Shown here in pieces: positions 36,012 to 49,572 of a DNA stretch of 64,000 bases. A program made the position numbers and the translations under genes. The notes under the pieces were generated by a model. The model was not told the origin of the DNA. It made no database searches and saw only the letters and a program-made list of their open reading frames with translations. This DNA is from Camelus dromedarius. Lineage: Eukaryota. How positions within the stretch are numbered: position 1 is the first letter of the stretch; every line of letters starts with the position of its first letter. The stretch is taken from NCBI RefSeq assembly GCF_036321535.1, contig NC_087437.1, forward strand, positions 39,124,001-39,188,000, read 5' to 3'.

Positions 36012-37114
36012 TTAACTTTCATTTTTGAATCATTTCAAGGAAAACCAAGTTGTCACGTGTAATAATATACTATAGCTTAAAAACCTCTCCTCATGATGGC
36101 TGAAATCAAGGCCTTTGACCTACTAGGTAAGGTTTGGAGATGACACATTTTCCATTGCCTTCAGAAAATAATTCATACTGCCATGGGCCCTTAGAAATGT
36201 CCTTCTTTTCTCTTCAGTTTTGGGTGTATTTCTATGCTTAATGAACTTTATAGCTCATATGGCATCTAAAGCTCTTTCTACCCCCATGTTCTAATATTCT
36301 AGTCTATGTTTCTTTTCTTAAGGATCTGCATCATTTTTTTTTTCTGTATTAGAATTTACTTTTTTCTATGTTAATAGTTAGCTCAGTGGTTTGGAAAATA
36401 GTTGTCAAAAGGGTGAGATCTTATGTAAAATCTTTAATATTGGGCCTTTTTTTTTTTGCTAAGCTTAGCCAGCCGCCTTGGAAATGCACATTATCAATTA
36501 GTTTTGCTGAACATGGCTGGAGATATTAGGGGGAAGAATGTGACTGGAACAGCATATCTGTCACCACTCCAAGAGAATCCATTATAAACACATCCCCTGG
36601 GGGTCCAAGTGACTTCTACAAACAGAGGAAGCTCTCTCATTCAATAAGATTAGGACCAGTAGTTAGCTGGGTAATAAATATGTTGCTTAGAGCATGGAAT
36701 CCAAAGTTAATACTACATGCAACCTATAGCATTTATTTTAACTTAAGACATACGAATATACTTTTAGTAATGAAGTAAGACTTTTCTTTGAATACTGGCT
36801 CTCTTTTGTTTGTTCTGTGTTGTATTTTTTTAGCAAAAGCCACATCCATTTTGTGTCCTCTCCATATCCAGTTTCATTTTCTTGAAAAAGAAGTGAGAAT
36901 GTAAAAGATGCTTGCAGAGTTATCTGTGAAAAATCCTTTTAGGTTTTCAGGGTTTTTTCCATACCTAATTCAACAGTGTTTTTTTCAACTATCCACCTTT
37001 AGCAAGTTTTCTCAAAACTTTTAACTAGCTCTTCCTAATTTAACACTCATATTTTATTAATGTTTATAATATTTACTCAAATTTATAGAATTATAAATTA
37101 TGTTCTAAAAGAAG

Positions 37115-37548
37115 AATGTAAATGACTCTTGTGAAGATGCTCCCCCCTCATTTTCCATACCAAAAAAGAGTACCAGCTTTATCACTGTAGACAAGACAGC
37201 ACCAGGAAAAAATCTACACAAACAAACCTTACTAACTAGCCTTTATCTACCATTAGTTTCCCCATATATTTACCTTCCTACAATTGGCCGCCCTTAAAAT
37301 ATCAATTCCTTTTTCTTTGCTTTGTCACATTCCTACAAAACTACTGCTCTTTGTTAAGATTCCATATAACCGTGAGTTCTAACCACCTGTTTGAGTTACT
37401 CATCACCAAGTTCTCCCATGTGTATGTACCGTGTACACATTAATAAATTGTTTGTTTTTCCCTTGTTTATCTGTCTTTTGTCAGTTTATTTTATAGATCC
37501 AGCTACTGAACCTAAGAGGGTAGAGGAGTGTTTTTCCTCGCCTTCACA
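37115..37548 (+). mobile_element. MER34-like ERV1 LTR, 5'-truncated
   Basis: CATTAGTTTCCCCATATATTTACCTTCC...TAATAAATTGTTTG...TCTGTCTTTTGTCAGT...CCTTCACA is reverse-complementary to the 27006 and 29636 LTRs. Confidence 0.85.
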
Positions 37549-38259
37549 GGCAAACAACTCAACTGGTGGGTGAAGAAACCAATGGTGAAAGAGTAGTCAC
37601 CAACATGCCGTGGACATCGGCATTGTGTTTCAAGAAGAAATTGGAGACTGAGGGGGAGTCTGGCAAGTCACGTAAATAGAACTCAGTTAAGAGAGCTTCT
37701 AACTGAGTGTCAGAAGTTAGCGTTTCAGGTTCCTTGATTACAGACTCCTCAAATGCACTGTCTGCATCTGATGCATCTTTCTGTTTTCTGTTTATCCAGC
37801 ACAGTGCCTGGCACATCACAGACATACACATTTGTTTCTTCATTGGATTCATACATTTTGTCCACATAATCATCCCAGTGGGAAACTGTTCTCTCCAAGG
37901 GTGTGAGGGGTGGTTGTATTTTGCTTTGTTTTCTCTCACGCTCACTGAGCAATAAGGCAAAATTAACATCCTGTTTGTGTTTCATTTGGATTGCCATTTG
38001 GTCAGCTTGAGTCTGAGAAAATTTATGCGCAGTTGTTTAAAAGGGTCAGTTTATGCTGAAAGCTTTGGAATTATCTTAGAGCCATCTTGAAGCCACTGAA
38101 AATTGCAATTGCAGTCATAGAAATGCTCGGAAACAAATGAATCGAGTGACATTTGGTATACAATGTCAAAACATGTTTGAATTACTCCCTTGAACACAGG
38201 CATTGAAAAGAGCTGGCCATTAGTGGATTACAGGATTTTACTAGATGTTAGCTTTCTAT

Positions 38260-40606
38260 AAAAATGTATTTGTATTTTATGAAAATTGTACATGTTCATA
38301 GTTTCAAAAGTCAAAGAGTAATAAAAGACCTATTTTTATTTTTTTAGAAAAGCTCTGTACTGACCCACCAGTCTCATTCCTTAGTCTTTATTCCTAGACT
38401 GGACCTAATTTCTGTCTTTCATAGCTATTTTTTCTCATATGTAATTCTGTGTTTCTGAATAATACAACCATATTGCTATTTTCTGATATTTCTATTCCAG
38501 TTGTTTGTCTTCCCAGTAGAGAAAATGAGAATTGAGCTTTCTTTTTGTCTATCTCCACCTTTTGCTATATACCTTTTTTCTCTCCTCCATTCTCCCAAAA
38601 TTTATGTCATATGTTTTCATTCAATCAATATTCAGTATTTATATAACTGTATGAATATTGATCATAGGTAAGCCATTTAGTGTACCATTATGATTACATT
38701 TTTTTCTTTTCTGACTAATTTTTGGAGTCAGAAATTGCTTCATTTTTCTCATTTGTTTATTTTTCTCTGTAACTATCACTAATTTAATGCAAACTTTCCA
38801 AGAAAACTTACAGGCTCCCTTCAATAAGGTCAAACACAGAAAGGAATCTAACAGTCCTAGTTAGAGATAGCTCTTTCGGGGTGGTCCAGCCTACTGCTCC
38901 AGAGGGTGGGTTTCCCCTATGGTTGTAGCACAGCTTTTGCTTGGGAATTCTCTTCATCGTTGCCCTGGGAACTTCCTCTGCCTCTCTCTTGTATTGGGTC
39001 CCCTGTTATCTGAATCTCCTTGGCTAAGTATTTCTCAGGGAGAACACTTTTCAGTAGCTTCTTGAGAAAGACTGATTAAAGGGTAAATTCCTGGGAATCT
39101 TCACTGTCTCAGAAGGTCGTCTTATATCCCCACATGTAATTGATCATATGGTAGTTATGGGGGTTCTAGGTTGAACACAGTTGCCCCTCAGAATTTTGCA
39201 GGCAGTGCCCCATTCTATGCTTGTCTACCTTCCAGTCTGAGAAGTATGATAGTCTCTGTCATGTATGACTGGTTATTTTTAAAAGCTTTTTCATTTTTCT
39301 TTAACTGATGTTCTGAAATTCACAATACAGTATCTAGATGTGAGCCTTTTTCATTCACATGTGCTCTGTGTTTGGCTGACTCTTTTAATCAGAAATGCAT
39401 GCCTTTGATATGGGATAATTATACTCTGTTTTTCTGGATCATTTCTGGTCCTTTATTTTCCTTTTTCTTTCTGGAACCCTAATTAATCAGATGCTGATCT
39501 CCTTGATTGGTTCTCTACTGTATATAAGTTTTTGGTCTCCTGTTTTCCATCAATTTTTTTTTTTAAGTATACTCTTTGAGAGATTTTTCCAATCTTTTAA
39601 TTGGATTTTTTTGGGCAATCATTTTAATTCCTAAATATTCTTTCTTGCTTTCTAAGTGCTTCTGTTTATAATTTCCTGATCAAATTATGTAGGTGCACTA
39701 TCTGCAATCTCTCTTCTTCTTTTATGTCTAAAGATACACATGTGCAAATACATACACACTCACACATGCACACTTGTTTAGCTGCTGCTTCTTGCACTGT
39801 TTTTTCACAAGGTTTTTTGTTTGGGGGCCTAACCTTGGTACCACACAGTACAGAAAAGGCTGATGAGAGAGAGAGAGAGAGAAGGAAGCCATCTTTGGGT
39901 AAATGGACAAGGACTAGACTTTTTTTATTTTTGCGGGGGTCTGGGGGGCATCCAGATGTCAGAATCTCTAGGCCTTTTTTGTTTGTTTGTTTGTTTGGGC
40001 CACTTAGTTTCCCCAGAAAAGAATTCTCTGCTTTCATTCAATATGGACTAGTATATTTAACCCTTGTTTTCAGTGTAGTACTTTACTCCCACACGTGGCT
40101 GGTGTCCCTGAATCTTTCCAGGAAATAAATTTCGTCTTCTGGATGTTTACATTAAGAAGAGGTAGAAGAGTGATTAGTATGTGGAAAGAGCAATTAGCAG
40201 TCTGAGTGGACCGTGGGATCTGAGAGTCTGCATATCCTGATGTGGGCTTAAGAAAACGATCCTGCTTTTGGTCCTCCCCCGAACCCTGAACTTCCAGGGT
40301 CTCTGGTAACTAATTTCTAAGCCTGTCAGGATTGTGCACCTGAGCTTGGTTTCCGCCCTCCTGATAAAGCCACTTCCCCGCCTCAGACAGTGAAGTCTGT
40401 CTGTCTGGCTAACTCAGTAACCTCACTTCTGTCCACCTTCTTTCTTCCAAAATTTGGTGTCATCTCTTGTCCACTGATGGGCATCTCCTTTTGTCTGTGT
40501 ACTTCTGGGTTCATACTTGATTCCTTTATTTTCATTTAAGTGAGATTTGGGGAAGGAATGGGAGAAAGATTATCAGAGTTTCTTCTACCATTAGTAAGAA
40601 GAAACC
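38260..40606 (-). mobile_element. HAL1 (half-L1) element, apparently close to full length, highly decayed
   Basis: Contains the HAL1-type block (CTGGGAACTTCCTCTGCCTCTCTCTTGTATTGGGTCCCCTGTT), an ORF1-like block (CCCTCAGAATTTTGCAGGCAGTGCCCCATT) and a 5' block (TTCCAAAATTTGGTGTCATCTCTTGTCCACTGATG). Confidence 0.75.
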
Positions 40607-41725
40607 ATTCAATATTTGCTTTAAAAATGTTAAATTCATTATACAGTAACTGCTGTTAATTCATTTATCCGTTCCAACCTTTGGTTAAGGGCATTTTGAC
40701 TTCAAATATTAACTTTCCCAAATTACATACTCCTAAAACCACCAGAACCATTTATCGTTTACTTTTATAACTTGAAAAATAAGCAGTCTAAGAGCTACCG
40801 TTAAGTGAAAACAGTTAATTTGCACACTGTTACTTTTGATAATGTTCTTAAGTTTATCTTATCTTATTCCATAATAAGATGTTTTAATGCACATCTGATT
40901 CCCTATCATTCTCACAAGTATTTGCATTTAATGCTTTGTTTTCTTTATCTGATTTCCCTTATGAAATATTCCCTTTAGCAGAGATTATTACTTATTTTCT
41001 GAGTCAATGAGATTTCATACATGTAAATATTATAATCTAGTTATATGGTCGAAATACTTCTGCACACATGCTTAAATTGTTCTGTCTACTAACATAATTT
41101 TCCATTGAAATATATTACTTTCTTTTGAAGATAAAATGTATTAAGGGCATTTTCTTTTTAAATAATGTATAAATTATAAATCTGTGCTTATAAGTTTATG
41201 ATGCCTTCAAGTAGGCCACATTGTCAGTGGAAAACTTATGATGTGAGTTTGTTGTTATATTGCTAATAAAATGAAAATTGTGTTAGGTTAGGTAAGAATA
41301 CATTAAAAATGAAACTTAAAGTTAAATAGAATGCCACCGAATTGTGTTTGTGTTTGAATTGAAACAAAAAGCAGTATTTACCCAGAATTCTCTGAAGCAA
41401 CCATTCCAGATGAAGATTTTATTGAACTTGGCAAAAAAAAAAAAAAATAATGATAATCATATTCTTAACTAGAATAAATTGTTAGAGAAATGAACAGCTC
41501 CATCTCAGTGACCAGTTTTGCTCTGCTTTTCAACCAGATTTTGGCTTTAGCTGAGTATAATCAATGGTTTAATTATTTCTTGGTTTAAGGGGGAAGTTTA
41601 GTCTGTACTGTGTAGGATGAGTAAACAAAGGGTTTTTGTTACTGTGCCTCAGTTGAGCTGGTTCAACACAGAACTTACCTGAAGAATCCTGACCCCAGGA
41701 CTAAACAGTACAGAACCAAAGACAG

Positions 41726-42232
41726 AGTGATAAGCTAAATAATGCTACCCAAGTCCGCATCCAAATCCCCTGACCCTGTGAGTATGTTACCTTATATGGG
41801 AGAAGGAACTTTACAGATGTGATTAAATTAAAATCTGGAGATAGGGAGAGTGTCCTGGGTTATCCAGGGGAGCTCAGAGATGTAATCGCAAGGGTCCTTA
41901 TGAGAAGGAAGCAGAGGGAGATGAGACCACAGGAGAGGAGAAGGGGGATGTGATGATGAAAGCGGAGAGAGAGGTGAAGATGCTGTGCTGCTGGCCTTGA
42001 GGGTGGAGGAAGGGGCCGTGAACTAAGGAAAGCAAGGAGTGCCGCTCTAGAAGCTGGAAAGGGTGAGGAAAAAGGTTCTTTTCTCAAGTCGCAGAGGGAG
42101 CGTGGCCTTTCCAATACCTTGACTTTAGCTCAGCGAAACTCAGATTTCAGTCTTCTGGCCCCTAGAACTGGAAAGAATAAATTTGTGTTGTTTAAGTATA
42201 ACTTGTTACAGCAGCAATAGGAAACTAATGGA
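41726..42232 (+). mobile_element. MLT1D-like MaLR solo LTR
   Basis: CCTGTGAGTATGTTACCTTATATGG...CTCTAGAAGCTGGAAAGG...GAATAAATTTGTGTTGTTTTAAG...ACAGCAGCAATAGGAAACTAAT. Confidence 0.92.
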
Positions 42233-42850
42233 GCTAGTTATTCCCCAAATTATTGCAAAGCAATAGAAAACCAAAAATAGAAAAGAAAGAGGCCAGAAAG
42301 CCACATTTCCCTACAGCCATAACCTACATCTCTGCTGAAGGAAGGTTCCAGTGGAATGTCTGCAACATGTTCCAGCGACCACTCTTTTTGTAGAAAGGTT
42401 TCTGAGGAGGTTTTCTATTAGGTGGAATAGTTAGTGAAATGGTTTGTAGAAGTTATCAGAGGTATCCAAGCTTGGAAATATCCTTAGGTTCAGCAACAGA
42501 ACAATTTTGCTTTAATCCCTCCTGGAATCTTCCTTTTTATACCTTGTTCTCTAGGGAGAAATGAAGTGAATTATACAATTTAGTAATTATAGAAGAACTT
42601 CGGGCTAATTTGTTTCTTGACTTTTTTAGAGATGGCTATAGCAGGTTTTTTTTTTTTTTTCCTACAAGTAATCATGGGAAAAAATGAGAAGTAAATGTAT
42701 GATTTTTATGAAATGTAATGGGGGAGAGATTGAACTGTGAAACACTTTATAAAGATGCAACTTTAAAAATGTATTACTTGTAAATTGTATGCAGTTTACA
42801 TAGACGAAAGCAAGCAGAGTAATCAGTTCTTTTGAATATTACATAAATTT

Positions 42851-43357
42851 CCATATCAGTTATCTCTCCATACATAACAAATCACCCCAGAACTTACTAG
42901 TTTTAAACTGCACCCATTTATTGGCTTATGATCTGCAGTTTGGGCACAACTCAACTGGTGGGTTCTTTTGCTGGCCCTGCTGGAGCTCACCTGTGAAGCT
43001 GGAGAAATTTGACAACTTATCTGAGGCCAGGGAGTCCCAGAGCATCACATTCACATGCCTGGAGGTTGACGCTGGCTTTTGGCTGTGGCACCCTGGTTCT
43101 CCGCTACATTGCCTCAGTATCTAATAAGCTAGACTGCATTTCTTCACATCATCATGGAAACATTCTAACAGTAAAAACAGAAGCTGTATTTCTCTTAAGG
43201 CTCAGCCTGCCATCAGATTCTCTTGGTAAAAGCAAATCACAGGGGTGGAAAAATTGAGTCTGCTTCTCAGTGGACAGAGTGTAAAGTCACTCTGCGAAGG
43301 ATGTGGCAATGGGATAGCGCGGTTCGTTAGGATATGCTGGTGTAATAATTTACCACA
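42851..43357 (-). mobile_element. MLT1G/H-like MaLR solo LTR
   Basis: ATCAGTTATCT...ATAACAAATCACCCCAGAACTTA...TTGGTAAAAGCAAATCACAGG...TTTACCACA. Confidence 0.8.
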
Positions 43358-43782
43358 CATCTCTAAAGCACACAACCTCCACTTGTTGTCTGCCCAGACA
43401 AGGTGTGCCTTTGTTATTTTCTTCTTAATCAGTGATGATGAGTGATGAGAAATAGTAGGCATGGGGGGAAGGTCTGTGGAAATTTGGTTGGAGAAAGCAA
43501 ATTACTTGAATAGTTGAGAGTGTACATAATGGGCACTTGTTTCTTCTTGCTATTTTTTTTTCCACCACTTTCCTTCAAATATGTTCTTTGACTGTAGAAA
43601 TACTCTTCTATTTGCATCCAGAAAATGTGAGATTATTCAAATTACTTGACAGAAAGTACTGAAAAGCAGAATCCTTCGACCTCTGGTTCTATGTGTGTGT
43701 GAAGGGGAAGTGGTTAAATCTACAGTCTGGGTGTGTAGGCTGTGAAAATGGATTTTGGGACTACTAGGAGATTGCTTTAGGG

Positions 43783-43950
43783 CACTGGTTCTCAACCTGG
43801 CTGTGCCTTCCATCGCCTGGGGAGCTTATAAAAATGTTGATGCTCAAGTCCTACCCCAGCCCAGTTACATCAGAATTTCTAGGTATCTGTATTTTGTAAA
43901 AGCTCCCCCAGAGAGGCCAATGTGCAGCCGGGATTTAGGACCACTCACTG
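43783..43950. mobile_element. MER5A-like hAT-Charlie MITE
   Basis: CACTGGTTCTCAACCTGGCTG...AATGTGCAGCCGGGATTTAGGACCACTCACTG; 8-bp TSD CTTTAGGG/CTTTAAGG. Confidence 0.88.
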
Positions 43951-46244
43951 CTTTAAGGGCTAGAGATTTGGAGGAATGCTTTGAAATAATGAGGTTTGGG
44001 GGTATAGTGTAGAAAGACTGGGCTTGGACAGGAGCCTCCAGCAAGAGCTGATAAATTGACAGCACCTCCGGGTGGGAAAATGATTAACCTTTCTGTTTGA
44101 CTGGATAGGAGAGAAAGTGTCCTAATTTTCTGATGGGGCTCCTAATTTTTTAATAGATTAGTATAAGGCAAAATAGCCCCAATGACAGCACATTATTTTG
44201 AGCTGGTGGAAGTAATCGAAACTCAAAGTGGACTGGCCAGAGATACAATAATGATAAAAGGATTTTCATATACCAAATGCATTTTGTGTTCTCTGTTTAA
44301 AAGAACAAAATTCATAACTAGAGGTTTGTAATTTGTACTCTCTTTCCCCAACGGGATTATTCTCAACTCACTTATAGCTAAAGCTGAAAGCATATCGTTT
44401 AAAAGTCAGTGAGGTTTTTCAGAGGAGCAAGGGACTATGGTACCTTCCTTAATAATTCTTAAATATATTACCCCCAGGAAATGGAAAAACATACCTGCAA
44501 ATAGTATGCAAACCAGTTGTCCTGTTGGACTGTTTTATGTAGGAGAGAATTGTTAGCCAGTTGGGGAATTTACAAGGCTCCCGAGGAATCTGGGATGGAT
44601 AGAAATGCAGCTTGTATATTGAGGCCACTGCAGTTTTGCTTGATAGTAGCAAAGCTCTTTTCTCATTAATTATTTTCCATAGCAAACAGAGTAAGTGTTT
44701 TTTCTGAGCTACTCACAAAGGACTAAATAATCGGACTATTCATTTGTTGACCTTTAAAAGTGGCTGATTAAAAACAGTGTCTTGATGGTTCAACCCTGTC
44801 ATCCCAAATCAAGACTTGATTGTGAGTGGGGATACTGATCTCATGCCGTGCTTGAAGTGAAAGATTAATGTCTCAAACTGGGTGAAACCATCAAGCAGGT
44901 AGTGTTTCTTTTTTCCCCCTTAAAAAGTAATTACCGGTGGAGTAAAGAATACGTGCAGGCATTCAGAGATTTAAGATGACATGAAATCTTTGGAGTTAGA
45001 GTTATAAAAGTTGATTTATACTGGAGGATCCAGAAAAATGGCTTAATGAAGCTATCTCTGTATGTTGAGTCTGTTTACTTCAACCCAAGTCTCTAGGATA
45101 GAAAAATAAGCATTGAGATGAAAAAGTCCATCTGAGGAAAGCACTCTACATTAAGGCTGAGGATTAAAAATAAAATAAAATGAAATTACCCCTTTGATCC
45201 TGAAGCTAAATCTAAAGTAATCTGCGGCAAAAGGCCTTTTGTGTTTAAGGATTCCCAGTTCTTTGAGGTGGGCTGTGTGCTGTGTTTAGTAAAGATTATG
45301 TGACTGATCACTCTTCACATACTGACAGCCCCCTGTGGTGCCTTTCATCTGTGTCTCAGGGGGGTGTAGTAAAGCTCTGTTTTTCTGCGTAATGGCCACC
45401 TGTTTTTAAAAAAGGTTGCATCAAACTTTCTTGGAAATGATGTTAGGGGTGCATAATGCAGAAGCTGATGAGACTGATCTGTATGTAAACTGTGTAGTAC
45501 AGTGAATAGCAATGAAGTGGGGAGGACAGAGCCCCAGGCAAGGTAAGATATCTGCTCAGTTGTTACATTTATCAAGAATTATACTGAAACCCAACTCTGA
45601 TTATGGGCAGTGTTACATCCTGAAGTAAAGATGATGAATAAACAAGAACAAGGAAAGATCTTCTTTTTCTGTGATATGTACACATAAATGAGTTTTACAA
45701 GTTTATTTTATTTCCCTAATTGATTTCATGGAGGAATCTTATTGAGTAAATATGGGGAGAGCAATTTTTACACCAGCCCTAGTGTAAAGAGGAGTGAATG
45801 ATTACTAGAGGTCATCAAAGTAATTATATAGCATGGAAATCAATATAAAACTATATTGCCATATTTATTTCATTTATGATCCCATATGGGTATGGTTGGG
45901 AATGCTTGCAATCTTGCTATAAACTAAGCTTTCCAAATAACAAAAAGGTAAATATCTTTTAAGTCAATATCAAAATACAGTTAAGAACTGAGATTTGATA
46001 AAACAATATAAAAATCTTAGTAAGCGTTAAAATATTTCTAATATAATCGTATAACTTCTTATGGCCTATGCAAAAATTGACATTCTTTTTTTCTTGATTT
46101 TTTTCCCCTTTACTTTCTCCTTAAATTGGTAGTGCTTGTTTTTCTGCCCTCCAGTCATGACTGTCTCTCCATGCTGTCCTTGGATTGTTTTGGCTATTCT
46201 TTTGGTTTAAAAATCTAGGATTTTCAAATCTATTATTTCAAGTG

Positions 46245-46800
46245 TACCATATTTAAAATCAAACTCTTTATCTACTGTCTTTAAATCTCTTTATGTTTTC
46301 TTGTTTATTCTCAGTAAATGGCATCTCAATCCACACGTTCAGATGGGCTGGAAACCCAGGGGCCATCACGCATCTTCCCTCCACCCCAAAACCCAGCCTT
46401 CAAGCTCTGTTGATGTTCAGTGTTCTTTTGCCCTTCACTGCGGCAAGTCTAAGTTTAGGACCTCCTCATTTTGCACCTGGACATTGCAACAGCTTTCTAA
46501 CTAGTCTCTAGGATCCCACCACTTACTGGTAAAACATCCAGATCCTCTGGCATTGCATTCAGGGCTGTTCACAGCGTGGCCTTTCTAAGCCTAATCTTTC
46601 TCCAGTTTTCTGCAGTTCTACCCAAGCCCCTCCCTCTAGTTCTCTGGTGGTAATGAACCTCTAGAAGCTCTTGAATCTTTCATACCTCTTGCCTTTGAAC
46701 ACCCTTCTCCTTCTTCTTGGAAGGCCCTTTAGTTTTAACTGTCCACTTGGTAAGTCCCTTTTTCTCTTTTGTAGCATCATTCTTCCACCCCACATCAGGT
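46245..46800 (+). mobile_element. L2 fragment
   Basis: TCTCAGTAAATGGCATCTCAATCCAC...GCACCTGGACATTGCAACAGCTTTCTAACTAGTCTC...GCCTTTGAACAC. Confidence 0.75.
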
Positions 46801-49396
46801 GTTCGTGATGGGCCCATGGAATTATTACGTGGCCTGTGCCCTCTGAGCAACTGCTACCTTGACATGAAAGTTTCTACAAAGAAGTTAATGTTGGCAAAAT
46901 GCCACTTGCGAATTAAAGCATAGTGTTTTGAGAAGTAAAGTCCGGTGGACTTGTTAAGAGCTAGAAACTGTTAACAGTGGTGCTCTGTCCCTCAAGGCTG
47001 GTGTACTTGAGAGGCATGGTGTCTGCACCAGGCTCTGAGCTCCCGTATGTGTGTTGGAGCAGTGCGTGGTGGTCATGGTGGTTATGGTGGAGGGGAGAGA
47101 CCTAGACAAGGTGGGTTTTTCTGTCTCAGGAAGCCAGAAATGTAAAAGCCAAAGAGGCTAGTATAACACAGAGTCTTTAGAGAGCACTGAGGATCAAAGC
47201 TAAGATACAAAATGTAAACACCGGGTTTAAATGCTGGTGCAAGGGTTGACACAGTGAGATGGAGCTGCTTAGGGAGTGGGAGTAGAACTGAACAGGAGCA
47301 GGCAAGGAATAGAGTCAGGTGATTTCTGGGCTGCTGTCAGGAATCTATGTTTTATTTTTATTTGATTCTCTTGTCTGGACCATAATTGCCTTTTGCTAAT
47401 TTAGAACTAAGTGTCGTGTCAGTGTGGTTTTTCTCTATTACTCAGTTTCTGTTTTCCTTTTTATACTGAAAGATTGCGATGCACATTTGTAACATCCTAA
47501 ATTAACAGAAATTGCTCAGTCTTTAGAATTTCTTGAAATTATATAGTACGCTTTTTTTTTTTTTGAAAGCACTACATTTTCTAAATCAAATTTGTTAGGT
47601 GGAGCGTTAGGTATTATGAGGAAGTTCAGTGGATTTATGCATTGGCAATGTATCTTCAGTTGTGTTTTTGTGTCTTCTGCTTGTGGTGGCTCATACAGAT
47701 GTACTCAACGTTAGAAGGACTGTATGGAAAAGCGTACTTTGTAAATGCAGTTTGATGGTGGAGAAAGGTAGACACTCAAGTTTAGAATGATTGGTGTAAA
47801 GTCCCATGGATGAGACTGTGCAGCTGAATTTCCCAAATGACAGAAAATAGGCAGTAAGGAAATATATACAAAATAAATTTCAAGAGTTGTTGGATGTTTA
47901 CCTGTCACTGCAAATTATGTTGGAGACAGTATGGATAATCTGAATGGAAAATTGCACCAGAAATACCTTCCTCTGAGCCATTGTTAGTGGCTCTTTCGTC
48001 AAATGTTATTTATCCAGTGATTGTATTATATCCCCTCTTGCTTTACTCTTCTGCCTTCTCCTGCTGACTCTTCGACTTCAGACCTCTGTAGGAGCTGCCG
48101 GATATGCTCTCCTGGCCCATGAAATCAAGCGTGGGTGAGACCTGGTGCAGAACAGGAAGGCGACCCATACTTGGTTTCAGAGGCTGTGAGAACACCCACG
48201 GTCTTGAGAGAAAGAAAGCCACTTATGTTTACCACAAGCCTTTCAGAGAACAAAAACTTCAAGGCAACCTTATCTTATTACAGACAGAAACAAATGAGAA
48301 ACATAAAATTCATAATCATTTTACATTTCTGGTTCAATGGGAATTTTTTCAGAACTTTCTAAAGGACAGGAAGCAGATTGACCAAAAATGATTTGATGCT
48401 TCTGTTAATGATTTTTAACACACTGTGCATATATGTAGCTTCTTCCTCTTTAAGGATATACCTCCTCTTCCCTGACCCTTCCGGCTGGGATTGTCAGTTG
48501 CCCATACTTTTGGGATAATGCCTTCCAGGCTAAGAGAGATGTATGGGGTTGCAAGGACAAGAGTATCGATTTTGCGGGGGCCTCATTTATGCTTTGGCAT
48601 CTACCCACCCTCTCTCTAACCATGTATTTTTCACACACCCAGCTCAACTCACAGCTGCTTGCCTATAGGGCCAAAAATCTTTAGTTAGTGATCTGCCAGA
48701 ATTCAACTTTCCTGTGTAGGAGATTGGAGTTACTTCAAATAACCCATCTGGCAGGATGAAGAGAAGTAAAGAAACTGAGGTAAATAAAATATATATTGTT
48801 AATACTTGGATGCATGCATTGCATCTTTGCTGAAAATTCGTTTGTAGGCTATATTTGGTGAGCTGATGCCTGTCATTTGGACTGGTCTGTCTTCTACTCT
48901 TTACTTTGCTGGGAGGGTTGAGCGGGCATGGGGGCGTTGATAGGCGTTGTCATCTCTTAGACCAGAGGAACCATTGCAGAATTGCTTTTTATTTTCTCAA
49001 TCAGAATTCTGAAGACCTGGATCCTTGGCATAAAAATTTAAGCTGGAAAGGCAAGTTCTGCCAAGTATATATTACATACCTCCTGGCCGTGGATTTTGGT
49101 GGGCTTACTTAGAGAAATACGAAAGTCGTTTCCAATAAAGACTTATTCTGTATTTCCTTAATTGACTTTCATATCTGTACATGTTCTATTTATAAATGAT
49201 ATTACTTTGTTCCACTTAGGACAGTTTAATCTGTAAATATGCAAAATTAATAAAGGACACATCTCCATTTTGTGCAGTTCTGATTCTTCAAGCAGATTAT
49301 TTGCCCAGACTTTTCCTTTGTTGCAAAATGAGTTGAAGAAAATCAGTTTCTTTTGAATTGTTATCTCAATTAAAGAACTCCTCTTGGATGGTTGAG

Positions 49397-49572
49397 AGAG
49401 ATGCTGTCCGGTAGACTTTTCTGCAGTGATGGAAGTGCTCCACCATGTTATAGGTCTAATGTGGTAGGCAGTGGTCACAGGACACTGGAAATACGGCTAG
49501 TGCAATTGAAGAACTACATTCTTTAATCCAAATAGCTGTATGTGGTTAGTGGATACTGTATTGACAGCACAG
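49397..49572. mobile_element. MER3-like hAT-Charlie MITE
   Basis: GCTGTCCGGTAGACTTTTCTGCAGTGATGGAAGTG...ATGTGGTTAGTGGATACTGTATTGACAGCACAG. Confidence 0.8.
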
